From the IMG/VR virus record IMGVR_UViG_3300009163_000019: a stretch of DNA of 64,000 nucleotides; one strand, 5' to 3'. The notes under the pieces are model-generated. The model was not told the DNA's origin. It did not search any database and saw nothing but the letters and a program-made list of their open reading frames with translations. Shown here one piece after another: positions 59,098 to 64,000 of this stretch. This stretch comes from a virus. A program made the position numbers and the translations under genes. Within the stretch, counting starts at the first letter, position 1; each line of letters begins with the position of its first letter.

Positions 59098-60058
59098 AAT
59101 AGTAGTATCTAATTTAATGAGGGCAAAAAATAAACAATCTTTTTTTGCACTACATCAACTACAGTCTAAAATAAGAAGCGTCTATCCAGATGTGCAAATA
59201 GATTTTCACATTCTGTGGGATAATGAAAACGAATTAAATCTTAAAGATGAAGAATATTGGAGTAATTTAATTGATAATAAAATAGAAAATTTATATTCCT
59301 ATAATAAAACTTTCTTTGATAACTATGTAGAAGAATATTATGGTTTAGACTATAAAGATAAATTTAAATTATGGAAACCAATATATTTCATATTAATGGC
59401 CCACTATTTAAGAAGAGTTAAGTTAGAGCATTACTATTTAATATATGATGATGATGTTTTAATTAATGATGATTTTAAACATATAACAGATTTATTAATA
59501 GAAAGAATACCTTTCGGTATAACAGAACCTGTAAATCCCGGATGTGATAAGGTATTATTTAAAAAATTACTAGATTTATATGGAATAGATTTTCAAAACA
59601 TATACCTTACTAGAAATCCAAAAGCTTTGGGATTTAATGCAGGATTTCAGGGTATGGATTTAAGTATATATGATAATTTTTTATCTACTGATAGATTTGA
59701 ATTATTACTAAATATATTTGAATATCAATCAATATATGATGAAAATGGAAATGAGATATGGGATAATAGAAGATTTTTTATAGATACCCAACAACAATCT
59801 TTTATGGGATTAATGAATACAGCAATATCTAAAAAAGATATTCATATATTAGATCCTGAAAAATATTTTGTTGTACCTAATTTTGGGCCACATCCAAAAT
59901 ACGGGCAATTAGATCCTGATGACGAACCAGATGGCGGTTGGAGATGGGGATTAGATTCTAAAATAACACACTTTATAGGACACACAAGAGGTAAAGGAAA
60001 GCCAAAACAATTTTTAGATAGGGTAGATCAATATTTAATAGAGAATAAATTTATGTAG
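59090..60058 (+). CDS. GT-A fold glycosyltransferase-like protein
   Basis: YDDD, FNAG, QQ, HF.G..KP. Confidence 0.6.
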   Translation: MNKIVVSNLMRAKNKQSFFALHQLQSKIRSVYPDVQIDFHILWDNENELNLKDEEYWSNLIDNKIENLYSYNKTFFDNYVEEYYGLDYKDKFKLWKPIYFILMAHYLRRVKLEHYYLIYDDDVLINDDFKHITDLLIERIPFGITEPVNPGCDKVLFKKLLDLYGIDFQNIYLTRNPKALGFNAGFQGMDLSIYDNFLSTDRFELLLNIFEYQSIYDENGNEIWDNRRFFIDTQQQSFMGLMNTAISKKDIHILDPEKYFVVPNFGPHPKYGQLDPDDEPDGGWRWGLDSKITHFIGHTRGKGKPKQFLDRVDQYLIENKFM

Positions 60059-60059
60059 T

Positions 60060-61016
60060 ATGAAAAAAGTAGTTTATGTAACAGGTTGTTTAGGTCTTAT
60101 AGGAAGTCATATAACAAGAGCTTGTTTAAATAAAGGTTGGTATGTTAAAGGAGTTGATTCAATTACTTATGCCGCAAATGAAGATTTACTCATTGAATTT
60201 ATTTCTAATCCTAAATTTTCTTTTGTACACGCTGATATAAATGATCTTAAATTTTTATATGAATGTGATTACATTATTAATACTGCAGCAGAAACTCATG
60301 TAGGTAATTCAATTGCTAATTCAGATAAGTTCATAACTTCCAATATTAATGGAGTTCATAATTTGTTAGAGCTATTAAGAAATTATAGACAAGAGACAAC
60401 TAAAGTTCCTGTATTTTTACATTTTTCTACAGATGAAGTATATGGTGATATTGAAGAAGGAGCACACACAGAAAGTGACCTTCTTAAACCATCTAATCCA
60501 TATTCAGCTACTAAAGCTGCGGCAGATCAATTAATATTAGCTTGGAGCCGAACATATAAAATTCCTTATGTTATAGTAAGACCAACAAATAATTATGGTG
60601 TGGGTCAATATGTAGAAAAACTTATTCCTAAAGCTTGTAAGTACTTAACATTAGATAGAAAAATACCTCTTCATAATGGTGGATCACCAGTACGTAATTG
60701 GTTACATGCTGGAGATACTGCAGAAGCAATAATTAAAATAATAGAATCTAAAGTTAAAAATGAAATATTCAATATTGCAGGAGGATATGAGCAAACAAAT
60801 TTAGATACTATAAAGAAAGTTATTCATAATTATACAGGATTAAGTACATTTAATGTAGATAATTATATTGATACAGACTATTCTAGACCGGGACAAGACG
60901 TGAGGTACGCATTAGATGATAGTAAACTTAGAAATCTTGGATGGAAACCTGAAAAAAAGTTTGATATAGAAATTCATGAAATAGTTAGATACTATAAATC
61001 AAAATTTATATGGTAA
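60060..61016 (+). CDS. rfbB: dTDP-glucose 4,6-dehydratase
   Basis: TG..G.IGSH, TYAA, AAETHV, STDEVYG, NPYSATKA, NNYG..Q..EKLIP, RPG.D.RY. Confidence 0.9.
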   Translation: MKKVVYVTGCLGLIGSHITRACLNKGWYVKGVDSITYAANEDLLIEFISNPKFSFVHADINDLKFLYECDYIINTAAETHVGNSIANSDKFITSNINGVHNLLELLRNYRQETTKVPVFLHFSTDEVYGDIEEGAHTESDLLKPSNPYSATKAAADQLILAWSRTYKIPYVIVRPTNNYGVGQYVEKLIPKACKYLTLDRKIPLHNGGSPVRNWLHAGDTAEAIIKIIESKVKNEIFNIAGGYEQTNLDTIKKVIHNYTGLSTFNVDNYIDTDYSRPGQDVRYALDDSKLRNLGWKPEKKFDIEIHEIVRYYKSKFIW

Positions 61017-61846
61017 AAATCAGTAAAGAATTAGCAGAGCAAATGTATCAATTTAATGTTGTTCATGGACAATACTTAGTTGGAGAATCAATAAATCATT
61101 TAGATGTATTTTCAAAAAGCATAGAAATCTCAGATGATTTACAAATAGTTTGTGTTACAGAAAAAAACTCTCCTAGTTTTTTAAAAGGAAAAAAAATAAT
61201 AGGAAGACCAATTTATTGGCAAAGTAATTATGAAACTTATACTAGATGGAGTACAAAAATTATAGGATTATATGATTATTTTAAAGATAATTATAATACA
61301 TTACCAAAATATATAATGTATTTAGATTCTTATGATACTATGCTTATTAAAGATATTTTGAATCCTAAAGAAATGCTAGACTATTATGGATGTAAAGTAC
61401 TTTTTAATTCTGAAAATAAGTTTTCAGGGCTTGGATATCCAAACCCAGACGGATATTCAAACTACTGGCAATCAATGCAACATCATTTTGACTCCTACAA
61501 AGAACTAACTGAAAAAAAATATGGAAATCCAGGACCTGAACCAGGTCTTAATGCCGGTGTTTTTTTAGGAGAAAAAGAATTTATGATTGAGATGATTACA
61601 ACTATGTATGAATATCTTATTGGAAGCCCTGCAAATGGATTTCCATATGGTACAGGTGCAGATCAGGAAGTATTTAAATATTTTCAAATGCAAAATTTTG
61701 ATAGTGTAGGTTTAGACATATTTAATAAGTATTTTTATTGGGGATGCGCTGGGTATTTAAATCCTGGTCCTGATGACGATTTTGGAATAGATTATTTTAG
61801 AATCAAATATAAAAATCATTACGAATCTAAAATAAATAATAATTAA
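61010..61846 (+). CDS. PLOD/GT-A-like glycosyltransferase domain protein
   Basis: LDSYD, LF.SE, LNAG.F.G, DQ. Confidence 0.65.
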   Translation: MVKISKELAEQMYQFNVVHGQYLVGESINHLDVFSKSIEISDDLQIVCVTEKNSPSFLKGKKIIGRPIYWQSNYETYTRWSTKIIGLYDYFKDNYNTLPKYIMYLDSYDTMLIKDILNPKEMLDYYGCKVLFNSENKFSGLGYPNPDGYSNYWQSMQHHFDSYKELTEKKYGNPGPEPGLNAGVFLGEKEFMIEMITTMYEYLIGSPANGFPYGTGADQEVFKYFQMQNFDSVGLDIFNKYFYWGCAGYLNPGPDDDFGIDYFRIKYKNHYESKINNN

Positions 61847-61886
61847 TTTAATAATAAATAATATTTTATTATTTAAAAAAAAAGTT

Positions 61887-63674
61887 ATGCTTAAAAAAGT
61901 AAGTGATCTTATTGCTGAGTTTTTAAAAGAAAAAGAAATTGATGTTGTATTTGGTATTATAGGATCTGCCAATTCACATATATTTGATTCAATTAATAAA
62001 TTAGGATACACTAAAATTATTAATACTCATCATGAACAAGCAGCAGTGCTTGCAATGGGAGCTTACTATAGAGCATCTGGAAAATTATCTGCTGCAATAG
62101 TAACTGCCGGCGGTGGTGTAACAAATGCTGTTACAGGCGTTGTAAGTAATTGGGCTGATTCTATTCCTGGAATTATTATATCTGGACAAGAAAATTATAA
62201 CTATGTTAGTACACAAGAAAACCTACGAATGTATGGTACTCAAGGATTAAATATAACTAAGATGGTTAAAGATGTTACTAAATTGGCTATACCTTTTGAT
62301 GATAATTCTGATATACAAACTACACTAGAAATACTTGATAAAGTAACAATCGAGGGTAGACCCGGTCCAGTATGGTTAGATATTCCAATGAATTTACAGG
62401 CAAAAATGGTTCAAGAAAGAAATTGGAAATTTAATGTGCCAAAGAAAAAATACTTTAATGCTGAAGATATTATAGATGAAATTAATTTATCAAAAAGACC
62501 GGTAGTAATAGGAGGGAATGGAATTAGATTATCAAAATCTAAAAAAATTTTCCAAAAATTTATAGATATATCGAGAATTCCAACCCTGTTATCATGGTCA
62601 GGTATAGATCTGCTAGATGATAATAATGAAAACTTTTTTGGAAGATTTGGTTTATATGGACAAAGAGCCGCAAACTTTATTGTACAAAATGCAGATCTAG
62701 TTATTGTATTAGGAAGTAGATTATCTCTACCACAAGTTGGATATGATTTTAGTCAGTTTGCAAGAGGCGCGAAGATAATAATAGTCGACATAGATGAACT
62801 AGAAGGGGCTAAATATCAAGTATATAAACATATAAAAGAAGATTGCTTTAATGTAATATCAGGCATTATAGAAAAATCTTATATGATGTGGGGATATAAA
62901 CAAGAATGGGTATCATATTGTCAAGTTATAAAAAATAAATATCCTCTGATAGAAAACTATCACAAAGATAATGAATATCTGAACTCATATAGATTTATAA
63001 CTAAGATGTCCGATTATTTAAAAGATGATCATATAATAGTAACTGATATGGGAACGGCTTTACTCAGTGGACATCAGAATATAAAAATAAAACAAGATCA
63101 AGTAATGTTTACATCTCAAGGTCTTGGTGAGATGGGTTATGGTCTTCCTGGTGCATTAGGAGCTGCTCTTGCATGCCCAAACAAGCCTGTGCTATGTATG
63201 AATTGTGATGGTGGTATTATGATGAATTTACAAGAGTTACATACTATAATTGAAAATGAATTACATAATATAAAAATCATTATATTCAATAATGATGGTT
63301 ATTTAATGATCAAGCATACACAAAAAATGCTATTCAAAGGAGACTATGTTAGTGTAAATAAAAAAACAGGAATTGGATTGCCTAATTTTAGTAAGCTATT
63401 ACCTGCATTCGGATATGATTATTATGAATTAAAAGATTGGGATAGTTTAGATTCTACAATGAATAATTTTTTAAATAATTCTAAAGCTGCTGTATTAGAA
63501 GTATTCATGGATCCTGAGCAAGACTTTATTCCTAAAGTAAAAGGAGTTCTAAAAGAAGATCTAACTATATTAGCTCCACCAATTGAAGAGATGTCTCCAC
63601 TACTTTCATTAGATGAAGTTAGAAGTAATATGATAATAGACATTAGTGAAAAAAGTAAAATAATAAAGAGATGA
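61887..63674 (+). CDS. Thiamine-diphosphate-dependent carboligase (acetolactate-synthase/YerE-like)
   Basis: HEQAA..A, GRPGPVW.DIP, G.MG.GLP, DGG..MN.QEL ... NN.GY. Confidence 0.88.
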   Translation: MLKKVSDLIAEFLKEKEIDVVFGIIGSANSHIFDSINKLGYTKIINTHHEQAAVLAMGAYYRASGKLSAAIVTAGGGVTNAVTGVVSNWADSIPGIIISGQENYNYVSTQENLRMYGTQGLNITKMVKDVTKLAIPFDDNSDIQTTLEILDKVTIEGRPGPVWLDIPMNLQAKMVQERNWKFNVPKKKYFNAEDIIDEINLSKRPVVIGGNGIRLSKSKKIFQKFIDISRIPTLLSWSGIDLLDDNNENFFGRFGLYGQRAANFIVQNADLVIVLGSRLSLPQVGYDFSQFARGAKIIIVDIDELEGAKYQVYKHIKEDCFNVISGIIEKSYMMWGYKQEWVSYCQVIKNKYPLIENYHKDNEYLNSYRFITKMSDYLKDDHIIVTDMGTALLSGHQNIKIKQDQVMFTSQGLGEMGYGLPGALGAALACPNKPVLCMNCDGGIMMNLQELHTIIENELHNIKIIIFNNDGYLMIKHTQKMLFKGDYVSVNKKTGIGLPNFSKLLPAFGYDYYELKDWDSLDSTMNNFLNNSKAAVLEVFMDPEQDFIPKVKGVLKEDLTILAPPIEEMSPLLSLDEVRSNMIIDISEKSKIIKR

Positions 63675-64000
63675 TAATTAAAGCTGGAATTATAGGAACA
63701 GGAAATATTGGAACAGATTTATTATTAAAAATATTAAAGACAAAGGAAATCTATCCAGTAATATTTGCAGGTCGTAGAATGGATTCAGATGGAATTAAAA
63801 TTGCAGAAAGTAAAAGAGTCCCAGTAACTGATCAAGGTATTAATTATTTTATAAAAAATCCTAAGTGCTGTGATGTAGTTTACGATTGTACAAGTGCGGC
63901 GGATGCTATTGAGCATGCTAAAATATTTAAAGATCAAGGAATTAAAGTAATAGATCTAACACCAGCAAAAGTTGGACCTTTATGTGTTCCTAGTATAAAT
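63671..64000 (+). CDS. mhpF: Acetaldehyde dehydrogenase (acylating), DmpF/MhpF family, truncated by the window edge
   Basis: MIIKAGIIGTGNIGTDLL.K...S.G...A...DCTSA..A..H...IDLTPAKVGP..VP..N; overlaps the upstream stop (ATGA). Confidence 0.85.
   Translation, partial: MIIKAGIIGTGNIGTDLLLKILKTKEIYPVIFAGRRMDSDGIKIAESKRVPVTDQGINYFIKNPKCCDVVYDCTSAADAIEHAKIFKDQGIKVIDLTPAKVGPLCVPSIN

Noticed and set aside
61887-64000. Branched-chain amino acid synthesis (ilvB) or aromatic degradation (mhp) as auxiliary metabolism
   Set aside because: Both genes are embedded in an NDP-sugar island and no other ilv or mhp pathway genes are visible

Overview
This is an AT-rich segment of a large, contractile-tailed (myovirus/jumbo-type) phage genome, with every credible gene on the + strand and a standard genetic code. 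The host is probably a Bacteroidetes bacterium: there are TAnnTTTG-type -7 promoter elements, few Shine-Dalgarno sites, a tmRNA tag ending YALAA, and D-S/T-x O-glycosylation sequons in exported proteins. In order, the window contains: (1) a tail module (sheath, free-standing GIY-YIG endonuclease, tube, chaperone pair with a likely +1/-2 frameshift, tape measure, baseplate, tail lysin); (2) replication genes (degenerate PolA, SSB, RecA/UvsX, 5'-3' exonuclease, helicase, class II RNR, full PolA); (3) Hsp20-GroES-GroEL; (4) a putative DNA base hypermodification cluster (SGNH-like protein, amino acid:DNA transferase-like protein, PLP enzyme, DUF6378-like protein, dUTPase, dCMP deaminase, and a thymidylate-synthase homologue with the cytosine-specific Asp); (5) a lysis cassette; (6) an RNA cluster (tmRNA with a long tag and two aberrant tRNA-like RNAs, bracketed by boxA-like long-range stems); and (7) a glycan/NDP-sugar island of about 18 kb that runs off the right edge. 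The best candidates for undescribed biology are the apparently cytosine-directed amino-acid hypermodification pathway, the tRNA-like RNA with a giant variable arm, and the long-range stems enclosing whole genes. All family calls come from motif recognition by eye; no database searches were run.
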